Assembly (NCBI RefSeq): GCF_008831285.2
Contig: NC_045138.2
Location: 17,732,001-17,796,000, forward strand
DNA length: 64,000 nucleotides
Source: Nymphaea colorata
Taxonomy: Eukaryota
Direction of reading: 5' to 3'
In this document: positions 1 to 11,532 of the stretch, piece by piece
Layout of the letters: every line of letters starts with the position of its first letter
Position numbering within the stretch: the stretch's first letter is position 1
Notes under the pieces: model-generated
Told to the model about the DNA's origin: nothing
The model's database searches: none
Seen by the model: only the letters and a program-made list of their open reading frames with translations
Translations under genes and position numbers: made by a program

Positions 1-3000
1 TGGCCAGACCCGATTATTCGCTCGGGTTTGGCCTCCTGCAAGCTGTAGGGACTCCACTTTTCAAGTTTTCTCCTTTTTTTTCTCAATTGTCGTAGAGCCG
101 TGGGTGATGGACAACGGGCAGGACTGGAGCGGCAAAAGACCACCGCCTCAGGCGCCACACACCACACTCAGTCCTTTGAGCAAAAAAAGAAAATGACTCC
201 ACGATCACGTTCAGGTCAAGCCAGATCGTCCTTTTCACCAAACGAGCAGAGTCTTCTGTTCTGTTCTGGTGAAACACTCGGCTTTGTTTGAGTCAAACGC
301 GGTACCACACTTGTACCCGATACGGCTCGATACATTTAACAGAACCAAATCCGAGACACTTGCGAGTCCACCATAGTACCGCGTAGCCTGCCTTGTTAAC
401 AAGGCCTTCCACCACCATACAAACCTCTTTTGGGTCTTTAAATATTCAACTTTCCCTTATATCATAAATGATGAAAAGACTTTTAGCGAGGAACCCTAAT
501 ATTCCTTCCCATGGTTGGCCCAATCAGTAAGTAGTGTGAAAAAATAAAATTTTAATGCAATATTAATGAATCGCATTATGCCTAAAAAGGCTTCAATTTT
601 TATAGTTCATGATTTAGAACATGCTACTGTATGAATCTTAAACCCGCGACTTTGGACAACTGTAGTAAGTTGTAGTAAGTTGGTTAATCTGAAAAAGTTT
701 TGTGATTGAAGTTTGGACTTGCTAGGGAAAGGAAAAAAAAAAAAAAAAAGCAGGAAAGCATGACGGCCAGTCTCCCTTCATATAACAAAATGGTTTCCTT
801 ATCGGTTCTCAAACTTAATGTCTTCAACACTACTCATTCATTAGTTAAAGGTTGTTTAGCATTAGAAACAATATATACTTGTTCCATGAATTTACCACAA
901 AATTTAGAGAAATTAATATCTTGTTCCTAATGTCAAACCGGCCTTTAATGACATCTTGAACATGTGTTCTTGTAGGAACATTTGTTTTGATGTCGTTGAG
1001 AACTGCCCATTACAAGAAGTACAAGACTACAAGGGAGAAAAATTCTATTTTACGGTTAGTAGGTTTCCATGCAGATCTGATAGTCTCGGTTTTCTGTATC
1101 GGTTAATCTCGAGTGGCCGATACGTATGTCCGGGGACCCGAGAACGAACCGAGAAAAGTGGCACCGACGGTGTAATGCTGAACAGTGGAGAAATAAACAG
1201 ACGACGGAACGTGTTTCCCCAAGTCCCCGAAATTCAAGATCCTAAAACCGGTAAGCACGTAGAGATCAAGCCGGCATTATCATACTGGCACGTTCATCGA
1301 ATCAGTTGGAGAGAGAGACCGTCGATGGACTTCGAGCGTCAATCGTTGCTTCCATGTGGCAGCAGCCAGCAGTACTTGATTTCCAAGTGAACGCCTGAAT
1401 ATATTTCTCATTTCATTAGCACCATTATCGCAGATGAAGTTAAAAAGCCTGGGAGGAGAGAAAGAACAGACGGGGGAAGAGGGAAGGAAAAGATGAAAAG
1501 TGAGGGCGATAAAAAGGAAAGCGAAAGGAGACGACAGTTTGAAGTTTGAACGCTCGCTTTGCCGCTCCTTTCCCCCGGGAAGAATGGAAGAAGACGAGCG
1601 GGAGAAGATCGGCCGTCTTCTCTCTGCATTTCGTTCTGCGCAAGTGGAGGATGTGTAAATTTTCGTTGCCGAACGGAGACATTCCTGGTTCCATCGGATC
1701 CGAGGGCGCAGGTACGTCCTATCCTGGTCACCGTTTGGATGTTTGCGGCGAGATCGCGATCTCGTGATCCTTTCGTTTCTTTTTCTCGTCGTTTTTTTTG
1801 CACCGTTCCGTGATCTACGTGCGTTTTTTTCCCCTCTCGGTTGCTTCTTCGCGTACTCTTTGATCTCGTTCTGAGTCGCCCTCGCGTTTCGGGGTAAGAG
1901 GCGGAGTCTTGCTTGTGTTGTTGCTTCTTGCTTGAGTTCTTCCGCATTTTCTCTTCCGTTTCTAGTTTGACGGAAGTAGTTGAAGCTTAATGCGTCTACT
2001 TTTTCGTTTACTTTTTGTGTTGCTTGTGTCTTTTTCTTTTTCTCTTAATTTTGATGAAATGAGTATTGTTTTTCTTGGGATTGTGTTGTGCTTTTTTTTT
2101 TTTCTTCTACTTTCCTGTTTTTGATCGAACGACGGATTTATCTCGTTCTTCTTGATTTATTGCTCCTTTAATTTGTCTTTTGCTACAAGGGAAACTCTTA
2201 TTCTTGATTAACTCTCTCTCTCTCTCTCTCTTCATTTCAGCAATGCGACGATCCTTTTTTATTTTTATTTCGATTTTAAAAGCAGTTCATTTCTCTTGGA
2301 TTTCTTGAAAGGAGGAGAAATCTCGTCGTAAATTTTCTTCTTCCTTCTTCGTTACTTTGTTCCGCTGGTTGCTCGAACAACGGCGCACCATCGTTTTTCT
2401 TGCATTTATTTCCCTTGTTTTTTCATTTCTTTCTCCCTGCCTGCGAGCTAAAACCTTTCTTTTAGGTCGATTTACTCCTTCTTTTATGGCATTTTCTCGT
2501 CGTTTTGCTCTTCTTTTTCGTTTTTTAATAGCTCTCTCTCCCTCACTCTCGGCGTCAAGCGTCAGACACTCCCGTTCGCATATTCGGAGGGCGACGAATG
2601 AAGGATTTATCTGCGTTCTGTATTTTCGCCGCTTATCTAGAGAGAAGTGTGCGCTTGCTGTAAGCAGAAGCGTAATGCTTTCCTTTTCTGCCTTTTCCGG
2701 GATATTATTCGCCAACCACCAAACTTGCGTCTGTCTGTCTCTCTCTCTCTCTCTGGAAAATGCTGGAAAAGGTGGATGGTAGCTATGAAGACGGTAAACC
2801 AGTTTCCATCGCGTTCATTAGACGTTCTTTAATCTGCTTCTTTTTGCGTCGCCATCAGCATTTGGTGGATGTTATTCCTCCTTTATTAGGTTACGATATG
2901 TGTATCTCTTTATTTTACCATTTTTTAATTTTCATTCTTGATCAACGTCATGAAATCCTCGTCTTCTGTTGAATAATTATGATGCGTGAGATTGTCTGGA

Positions 3001-3916
3001 CAATGTACTTCTAGACGCTTTTCGGACGACAAGTGTCAGACGAAAGTCAAGCAGAAACCTTAATGGCTTGTGAAATTTGTGAATAGATGGCATTTGTATT
3101 ATCATTGTCTTTGTGTGTGCTTAACGGGGAAGGAGAGAAAAGTTAGAGACTTGGAGGCTTCCTATACTTATTTCCGCAAAGTGTATGCTTCGTTTTTCAC
3201 TTTCAGTTCTTATAGAGGAAATGAAGATAGTAGTTTTCGTGGTTTAGAGGTTGCCATCGTTTCCCTTTTTGGTTTTGTGCTTGCAAGTTTCGCGGGTTGG
3301 GTCTTTCTCCTGTTTCTTTCGCTATTGGTTTTCACCAGCTTAAGAATGTCACCTTGGTTTATTCTTCTGTTTGGTGTTCCTGTTCTCGAGCTGAACATTT
3401 TTCATTGATCTAGGCCCTTTTCCTTCTTTTGACCTTGTTATTTGACGATTATTTTCTTCCTTTTTTTTCCCCATTCCTTTTCCTAATATGGCCGAAACCA
3501 ATTCCTGCCTTCTTACAAGGACGGTCTTGTAGCTTGTCATTTCGAATTCGTTTTTTTCCTCTTAAAGTTCTCTAGTTTTCAGGTTGTGTCTGACTAGTGA
3601 AACATTTTTGTATTTGTCTAGTGAATGTGAATATGCTGTTCACTAATATGAGGACATTTGAAATAGTGCATCCATGATTCTTGAATCTGACTGCCTGTGA
3701 TTGATTTTTTACCAACATTGTACTCTTGATTTTGTTTTGGTTCTGTATCTTTTTCTCTTTCTGCATTCTTGAGAGCGGATAGTTACTTTGTTCGGTGGCA
3801 TACTTAGACATTACATTTTTTTCCCTCAATTTAAGTTTGAACTGTCCTCATGGTTCTCATTTGGCAGGGTTCAACTGTTTGGAGTTTGCAGGACTTCCTA
3901 TTTCTTGAAGAAGAAA

Positions 3917-5054
3917 ATGGATCAGTACGAGGTGTTAGAGCAGTTTGGTAAAGGTGCCTTCGGTTCTGCTCTTCTTGTGAGGCATAAGCAAGAAAAAAAG
4001 AAGTAAGAACTTGAAATTACCTATGTTAATATTTTTATTTCTTCTTCCCCATCCTTGATTTAGAGACTGTTAAAAGTTCTCTTAATTTTCTTCTGTTTCT
4101 TAATTTCTATAGGTATGCATTGACGAAAATCCGTCTTGATTTAGAGAGTGTTAGAAGTTCTCTTAATTTTCTTCTGTTTCTTAATTTCTATAGGTATGTA
4201 TTGAAGAAAATCCGTCTTGCTCATCAGACAGATCGCTGCTGGAGATCTGCACATCAAGAAGTGGGTGCTTGTTATGGATCATTTGTGTCTGGAAAGTTGA
4301 TCCTTCACTTGGTGTTGCATGGGATTGTGTTGGAAGAAGAAAAATTAAGATAAAGAACAACATCTTTGCTATCAGCCACTATTTGTAGATCATTGAACTT
4401 GACTTGGATATCCTCGTGAAATAATTGATACAATTTTTTGGTGTTGATGCCTTGAATTTTGTCCTGTTGCCCATGGAAATTTTCAGGGTTTATTCAATGC
4501 AAATGTGTTTGTTTCCTTTCTGTTTTTCATTGAAAATTTGGGATATTAAGGCCTTGCACTCTGCACTTTGCATTGTTAGTACTTGGGTCTTGAATGATTT
4601 CTATAGCAGAATCTGGCTAGCCATTATCTGAAACCAACAAGAAACTTCCGTTTCTATTGCCCAATAATCTTAAGGCTGGAAATTATAGAATAGTGACATC
4701 TGTTTGCGCAAATGTTGGTGTGATTAACTTGTCGTGATGGATTGCTCATGTTGAGATGTCAGAATTTTTTATGTTGTCAACTTCCATATATTGGTCCAAT
4801 GGTCTAGAAATTTTCTTCACCAGCCTGTGATCTAAAAACTTTTAATGAAATAGCAGCTTTGTTCTGAAGCATTTAGGGCATTGCCTCACCCATCAGGTAT
4901 CAGAATCCAGCAGCAAAATAAACTGGACTTTTGTATGTTTTTTTTTTGTAAGGTATATCGGTTTATTCTCCATGGTTGGTCTTTGTAGATGGAGCTTATT
5001 TCAAGAGTCCGGAATCCATATATTGTGGAATATAAAGATTCTTGGGTAGAGAAG
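3917..5054 (+). pseudogene. NEK: NIMA-related (NEK) Ser/Thr kinase, only the first three coding exons; probably a truncated pseudogene
   Basis: GT-AG exons 3917-4002, 4194-4260 and 4989-5054 splice in frame to [73 protein letters not shown], the plant NEK N-terminus. The expected next exon (GCYVCI..GYCEGGDM) was not found. Atypical substitutions (EQF for EQI, AHQ for ARQ, CW for RR). A likely 5'UTR exon ends at the donor near 1711 and an acceptor lies near 3867. Confidence 0.85.
4054..4218 (+). repeat. 81-bp tandem duplication of the NEK intron acceptor plus the start of exon 2
   Basis: cttgatttagag...ttctatag|gtatg(c/t)attga(c/a)gaaaatccgtcttg begins at both 4054 and 4135. Confidence 0.92.
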
Positions 5055-7046
5055 GTCAGTATTAATTCAGAATCTATTATTCATTTGCTACTGTTTTATT
5101 TAATTTGTGCTCCTATATTAAGAATCAAGACCTAATTTCCACAAAAATGCACATGTGATAGTTTATTACTGTAGCTTGTTCTGTACTTCTTTTGTAATAG
5201 GAATTTTCTTTGCTAGAAGCTGTCTCAACTAGCATAAGAGCTAAATTTATGACCTTTTATGCTTCTCAAATGTGACATAATTCATTGATAGTCCTGACAT
5301 ATCTTCATTATTAGCTTCGCAATGTTGGAAAAGAGTAGTTCTGCATACTGCCATGGAAGGTTAGAAAGTAATATTTCTGCATACATGGAGTCAAGTTTTA
5401 GAAAATAATAGTTGTGCTGCGAATTGACAAATAGTAATGGGGGAGAAAATGCCAAGTTGTCATGCTACCTCATCCTTTTCTGCTTGTTTTATATCTGAAT
5501 GTAAGAAATGAATTTCCTTGCCATCTTAAACATTTTCTTCTTTCAGTGACCAAACAAAGGTGGCTGAACGAAACATTTTCATCCTGTCTAATACTATCTA
5601 CATGCATGGTGAAAATTTTAAACCAGATACTGGTGAAACAATCAACTGTTCAGAAATTTTCACCAACAACCGCTCCTCTCAACAGCCTTCTTGATTTCTC
5701 ATATGCAACGCTTTAACCACTGTGACAGACAAAGAAATAAGATGAATAAGCTAAAATAACACAAAAGTTAGACCATTACGTGTAGCATACCATGATTTAG
5801 TTAAAGAAATAATAGCCAGAAATTGAAGGTGATATATGTATACTAACAACAGCGTTTCAGATAGGAGAATCATCTTGGAGCCACCATGTAATGACAAATT
5901 ATTCATATGGAAACCAGGTGACCCAAATATAACACAGTTCTACAACAATTGAAGTCCATAGAGTAAAAGCCCAAAACAACAGATTAGTTAATGTTGCACT
6001 TGCAAGAGACTCATTTTAACTTGCAGGACGTATAGTCAATGCCACCACCAGAGCAAAACAATCACTCTGTACCTGGGAATTGCCAATTTCTACATCCAAG
6101 AACTGGACATATTCTTTCAGAACCTTGAAATCTTGCAACCATAAAGGGGAAACACAATACATGTTGCATTGCCGACTTGCCGACAAAGATGCAGTGATGC
6201 ACCACAACAGACGGCTCAGTATGAACCTAAAAAGGAAGTTTAAGAGCAAATTAGACTGTAACTAGTGCACTAACTACTAAGCCACTAACATGAAAAACAA
6301 AAAAATATGAAGTTTTCAGGAACTGAACAATTTGTATTCTGCCCTCCTACTAATATGCAAAAATCACTAGAACATTGTAAAAAATATCATTGCCAGGCAG
6401 CAAGCATGTCTAAATATGCATGAGCATTGACAATCAAGGCACATGAATATTCAAGACAAATTTGTTATGCTTCTTTTGAATGAAACTTGTTAAAGAGATT
6501 GGTCTCAGATGCTGCACTCACATCTCAAAAGTGTCAACATCATTCAGTCAAAATCATAGCTACAATCAGATAGGTTGATTGACTAAACAGGTAATTAACT
6601 TGCATAAAGGTTTGTCAATCAAGTTACTGATGAAAAGTTTCCCTAAAGAACCTATGAACTGTGAACTTGCAGTTTACCTGGACCCTGCTCACTAAGTTCA
6701 CACACCACATACTGTCGAGAAGACCCAGACACTGCAATGCAGTACTGTAGAGATGTAAAGAAAAATAAGAACTCAACCAATGTTCCCTCGGAATATATCT
6801 AGAAACATATAAACATACCTAATGTTTGATACAACAATTAGAGTACTTCCAATTAGCGGGGACAAAACAAGAGGTGCTTCCTTACAACGAACTCAAGTTA
6901 CAAAAACCATTCATGAATGTCAACCTTCACGTACAGCAATAATATTAAAGGACCTTCAGCATGACCAACTATGCCAAGCTGCCTAATGTGTACCATTGAT
7001 ATTTGAAGGATTGCATAGACTAAAGCTTTGATGACATCTGCATTAC

Positions 7047-7474
7047 CTGCTTCAAGCAAGGCTTCTATTTTTACTTACTGCATTCAAAAACCCTTGGAGG
7101 ATCCATCGACTCTGTTTGTCTGTCTTGAAGCATCTTCACCTTCCATGGTTTAAATCTTTTTCTTTTATTCACCTTCTCAACCCACAAGGCTCTCATGCGC
7201 ATGCTCATCAAATATTGCCCTTTCAGTAATTCCCACCCAAATGTGTTGAACATTGAAAAACACTTCAAGCATTCAAATGCCTTGTCATTCCAAGAAAATT
7301 ACGATAAAAAGACAGAGAATTAAAAGACCACCTGTGTGACAATTGCATAAAGTGGTAGTGTGCTGTAGCTGCAAGGACCTTGAATAATCAGCCTGCACCT
7401 CATGAGCATTTTGTTCGAGAGAAGAGAGAGAGAGATCCAACTATAAGTCTTGGAATAATGAAACCAATTCTCCC
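7047..7474 (-). pseudogene. MLO: MLO-family (MLO1-like) 3' fragment, decayed
   Basis: Minus strand reads GRIGFIIPRLIVG (7474-7437), then after an intron remnant lacking a GT donor, exon 7392-7332 GLIIQGPCSYSTLPLYAIVTQ|gt, then ..RAIFDEHAHESLVG*..EKVNKRKR. This matches the MLO TM7/C-tail motif IPRL..G..IQVLCSYSTLPLYAIV.QMG..FK.AIF.E....L.GW, with stops and frameshifts. Confidence 0.85.
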
Positions 7475-7852
7475 TTGCAGCCATACAATTTGCCTGAAGG
7501 AGCTTCGGTCTGAGTAAAGCATTAACCACCCAAAAACAAATCTAGTTCTACTAGTTCATATCAGTCATGGAGAACAGCTCCAGTTCCAGTCAAGAGGGCT
7601 GCAAAGTATCCACAAACAACCAATATACGTGCAGAAAAAAGGAGCTTTAGGGAGAGTGCACTTCGTATCTTTCACTTCTCCTGAAAGAGTGCTAACTTAA
7701 CCCAAATAATTAAGATTCCAAAACAGTGCATTTAGATATGGTTCTCAGATCACGTCACTTATATCAACCATTAACCATCTCTAAGATTTAAACTTTGGCA
7801 TGCCCAACTTGCAATGAAAAAAGCGAACAAGAAAGTTGATAAATATTCTGTA

Positions 7853-8172
7853 TCACTCTAGAGAATTTATTGTTCGAGGAGGCTTTGAACCTAGCAAGAA
7901 ATGAAACAATTCACTGTTCACTTTTATCAAACTACAACCAGGCTCCTTCCTCACACTTCTATTTCCCATCAACTTCCTCACCTCTTCTGCTCCATCCCAT
8001 CTGCAAATCGATGCATACATAATCGTCCACAGAACATAGTCACCACTTTGATCCGGTCTGAGTTCAAGAAGCTTTTTTGTTGCACGTTCAGCTAAACAGA
8101 GGTCGCCTTAAATCGTACACGCCCCAAAAGTGTTATCCATATGATAGCATTAGGCTCAATTGCCATTCCTTC
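7853..8172 (-). pseudogene. PLS-class PPR protein C-terminal E-domain fragment
   Basis: Minus strand reads EGMAIEPNAIIWITLLG, a 1-nt frameshift, then (A)CTI*GDLCLAERATKKLLELRPDQSGDYVLWTIMYASICRWDGAEEVRKLMGNRSVRKEPGCSLIKVN..., matching the canonical E1/E2 motif ending in PGCS.I. No upstream PPR tract is evident. Confidence 0.88.
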
Positions 8173-8575
8173 GCCACACAATGATGGATCGGCTATTATC
8201 TGGCAGGGCCAAGCTGGGCTGGCTTGATGCATGTGTGGTAACATGCTTAGAATGGTGTGTTTGCATTAGAGAAGGTCATGTCTAATGCAATCGCCACATC
8301 ATAATTTGTGATAATTTCTTCTGGTGGATAAGTTAATGTCTCATTAACATATAAGTGGAGAAAAACATTTTCAATTAATTAGTTATATGTGTGTGTGTAA
8401 TTAAACTTTAATGACGTTCACTTTTATCTGACCTAGCTAGGCCGTCCAACTCCCAAGCACAACTTGTGCTGCTATTCACAAATCTAATTGCATGAGAACT
8501 AAAAACCTCATCCTTTCCCTCGCCGATAAGGCATAGAGTTGCATCCACGTTTGACTTAGCGACAACACTGTCAAT

Positions 8576-9000
8576 TAGGTACCTCATATCACCACATATG
8601 TGCAATAGAACCATTCCAAAAACATTGGATATGAAGGAAAATTTAATATCTGATTAATAAAACAGATCACATTTGGATTTAAGAAATGACATCTGATTGG
8701 ATTCAAATACAGATTTAGATATAAATGAATATCCTATTAGATACAAATTCAGATCAAATTATTTATTTTTAAACATACATCCCATATCCGATACTCTTAC
8801 ATTTTTAAAGTTGGTCAAATTCAGTTTTCCGATTTGGTTATAAATGGAGAATTCAGATTCAGATTACGAAATTGGGTCTTGGGTTCGAATTCAGATGTAA
8901 CTTTTCTTAGTTCGTATTAGAATGCGAGTTTGTGAATATCTGCAAAAGCAGATATGGTTAAGGGTATATTTGAGTTGAATCTGATCAGTTCACGTCTCTA
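8576..9000. mobile_element. Non-autonomous DNA transposon/MITE (~425 bp), same family as 16579-17005 in opposite orientation
   Basis: Rich in gatt(t/c)/aatc(t/c)g motifs. Internal sequence is reverse-complement similar to 16579-17005. Termini TAGG.../...TCTCTA. Confidence 0.6.
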
Positions 9001-9117
9001 CTCATACACCACAAACACATATATAATGCTGGCTAATAATGAAAGACCTCATTCACCAAAAGCTTAAACAACCATGTAAAGCCCTTTAGAAAAATAAATA
9101 AAGGTAAAACTAAAAGA

Positions 9118-9310
9118 TAATTTATGAATATTTTCATTTAGGAATGAAATCTTATTAAAATTGGAAATGAAAATGTAAAAATAGAACATAATTTATGAAT
9201 CTGTTCATTTAGGAAAGAAATCTTATTTAAACTTGGAAACAAAAGATATAGGATTAAAAATAATTTATTAGTCTTTCATTTAAGAAAGAAATCTTATTGA
9301 CAATTGGAAT
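9118..9310. repeat. Degenerate ~70-bp tandem repeat, 3 copies
   Basis: Repeated taatttat(g/t)a..t(t/c)tcatttagga(a/t)(a/g)gaaatcttatt..aa(c/a)ttggaaa. Confidence 0.8.
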
Positions 9311-9778
9311 TCAACAAGCTGGTGATACTTATATAAAATGGAAAATTCACCCCAGGCACCACCATTATTCATGGGAATGATAGAGAATCCCAAGCTTCTT
9401 TGGGCATTCATCCATAGATCTATTCCAATTTCCCTTTAACAATTATATTTAAAGTCTTTTTTGAAATCTAACCTTATTAGGTTGATGCACAATATATTGT
9501 ATGTTCATTTTTGTTGTTGTTGTAGTAGTGTTTTATAATAAGCAAAAATGAATTGCTCTCAAAGCATCAACATTTTGGTAAAAAGAAATCAATATTTTTC
9601 ATAAAAACAACCAGATTCAAAACATGTTTTATATGAAAATATGTTGTTTATCTTTTATTTAAGATAACATTTTAGCAAAATAGTACTCCTGAGGCGGCAG
9701 TCCAGTTTAATCAAGTCTGGTTTCTTTTAATATACTGCGCCTCCTTATGTGTCCTCCTGTATTGTTCCACCCTCCTTC

Positions 9779-9886
9779 AGGGCCTCTCACAGCAAGATAT
9801 TGAGGCACTACATCGTCGGGTTTCAGATGAGGAAGGGCGCTCTCATAGACGTACCTGCCATATTGGTTTTCATCTCCTGGAAGGGT
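9779..9886 (+). pseudogene. NAL1: Fragment of a NARROW LEAF 1 (NAL1)-like trypsin-like serine protease gene
   Basis: Reads RASHSKILRHYIVGFQMRKGALIDVPAILVFISWKG*, against the remembered NAL1-family motif RAFHSKILRRFSLGTA(I/V)GFRIR(K/R)G.LTDIPAILVFVARK. Has a small internal deletion and a stop; flanks do not continue the homology. Confidence 0.75.
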
Positions 9887-10374
9887 TAACATGTGATGGT
9901 TGTTGGATTGCAAGTCTTGCTAACAAAGCTTGTGGTATTGGTTTCGCCGTCGGACTTTTTAGTGCCAAGTTGGGTGTTTCTAATTATTGAATACGATTCA
10001 TGCCAATGTTGGGGTTTTAGGTTGTTGGATTTGGATTTGGATAATAACATGTAAGGGTTTTAGGTATTAAATTTATGGTACAATGTTGTGCTTTTTAGAT
10101 TCATATGCCATAATATTGTATGGAGTTTTCATTGTTGATTGTGTTTTTTATACAAGAAGACGCCTGGGTTATGCATTCATTTGCTTTTGTTGGTTTCGTT
10201 TTGGGAGATGTAGTTATTTGATTTGGTTAATGCCCCAGTGGGGATTTTATTTCTCCAAGTGCATCACAGGCCAAAGATGCTATGCAAGTCTAAAAACCTT
10301 AGCGTTAATCATTGAAGGACCGATGAATAATTGAATCACGTCATGGCCTAGATATAGAAACTCTGTTGTTCAGC

Positions 10375-10474
10375 AGATTTTTTCCTCCTATTGTATAACA
10401 TGTAGACAACATAATGGCTTTCAGATTTTTTCCTCCTATTGTATAACATGTAGACAACATAACATAATGGCTTT
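10375..10474. repeat. ~48-bp tandem duplication
   Basis: cagattttttcctcctattgtataacatgtagacaacataa occurs twice. Confidence 0.85.
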
Positions 10475-10658
10475 CTTTTTCGCGTTTTGTATCTGTCAAC
10501 GTGAATCATAGTTCTTATATGATGGTTCTCAGGTGTCTCTACTGTTACTCGATAGTACATCTCCATCCTAACTCTTTCGCTGCAAAAATTTCACCATTAT
10601 TCCGTGATTGGGACGAACATTGTTGATCATTCCGTGATTGGATATATATGCTCATGAC

Positions 10659-10856
10659 CAGGGGCGGAGGGAGGGGGGGCCGCCCGGGCCATGGCCTGGG
10701 TGAGCGGAGGAAAAACTTTTTTTTTTATATTGAAAAAATCAATTTTTTTTAGTTTGGCCCGACCAGTCGCTTCTCGTCGCTCCTCTTGGCCCGACCCTGG
10801 CCCGGCCCGTAAATCGTCTTGGCCCAACCCTAAAAAAAATCCTGGCTCCGCCCCTG
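10659..10856. mobile_element. hAT-superfamily MITE (198 bp)
   Basis: Perfect 11-bp TIR CAGGGGCGGAG...CTCCGCCCCTG with a perfect 8-bp TSD ctcatgac (10651-10658, 10857-10864). Degenerate relatives near 13.9-14.05 kb, 35.65 kb, 38.2 kb and 58.8-58.93 kb. Confidence 0.93.
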
Positions 10857-11274
10857 CTCATGACTCGTCTTCACAACTGGGTCGTTTGCCAGCGAACAAA
10901 GCGAACAAACCTTTTTAATCAGGACAGCCATAAGCTGCAGAATACAAAGAAATTTTAATTGTTATGAACGGAGCTGAGTTTGGAGTACTTGTTACCAGGC
11001 TAGTGGGTTCATTTTTAACATTAATGTGGCATATCCTTACTTAGAAGCAATTGGATGCCTGGTATCAGGCTTTAAGATACTACAATCTTAAATGGCTCAT
11101 TGGTAGGTTTTGAACTGTAATCTAAACAAACAATGAATCTTAATCTACCACTTCCAACTAAATAACCTTTAAAACTCTCTTTATATTATACTATTGCACT
11201 AGGCTTTTTGACATTTTAAATGTGTCTATAATGTTTGTAGATGAACCAAAATGTACTCACAATTATCAAAATGT

Positions 11275-11532
11275 CTAAAAAAAATCATCGGCGGCCCTGA
11301 CGCTCCTGCTCCTGCTCCTTCTCAGCCCTTCGTCCCCTTCTTCCTCTCTCTGAGCAGCACCAGCAGCAGCCGAGTTGTTCTCTTCCACCAGCGGCATCTG
11401 AAACCTGCAGACCGGGCAGGTGCTGTGGTTCTCGAACCATTTGTCTATGCAGTCTTTGTGGTACCTATGTCTGCATGGTGTCTCCCTCGCCTCCCTGTCT
11501 GTGCCAAACCCCTCCAAGCAGATAGGGCACAT
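11275..11532 (-). CDS. RING-H2 finger E3 ligase-like ORF, N-terminally truncated (possible pseudogene)
   Basis: CPICLEGF...PCRHRYHKDCIDKWFENHSTCPVC is a complete C3H2C3 motif. The ORF starts immediately before the first Cys with an in-frame stop shortly upstream. An out-of-frame upstream MEASASMVVVD suggests a frameshift or truncation. Confidence 0.7.
   Translation of the reverse strand: MCPICLEGFGTDREARETPCRHRYHKDCIDKWFENHSTCPVCRFQMPLVEENNSAAAGAAQREEEGDEGLRRSRSRSVRAADDFF

Noticed and set aside
1408..3408. ORFs of 100-180 aa on both strands
   Set aside because: Low-complexity F/L/S- or K/R/E-rich translations of the pyrimidine-rich NEK 5'UTR and intron.
8183..8205. DGSAIIW, resembling a WD40 repeat end
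   Set aside because: Only 7 residues with no supporting flanking similarity.
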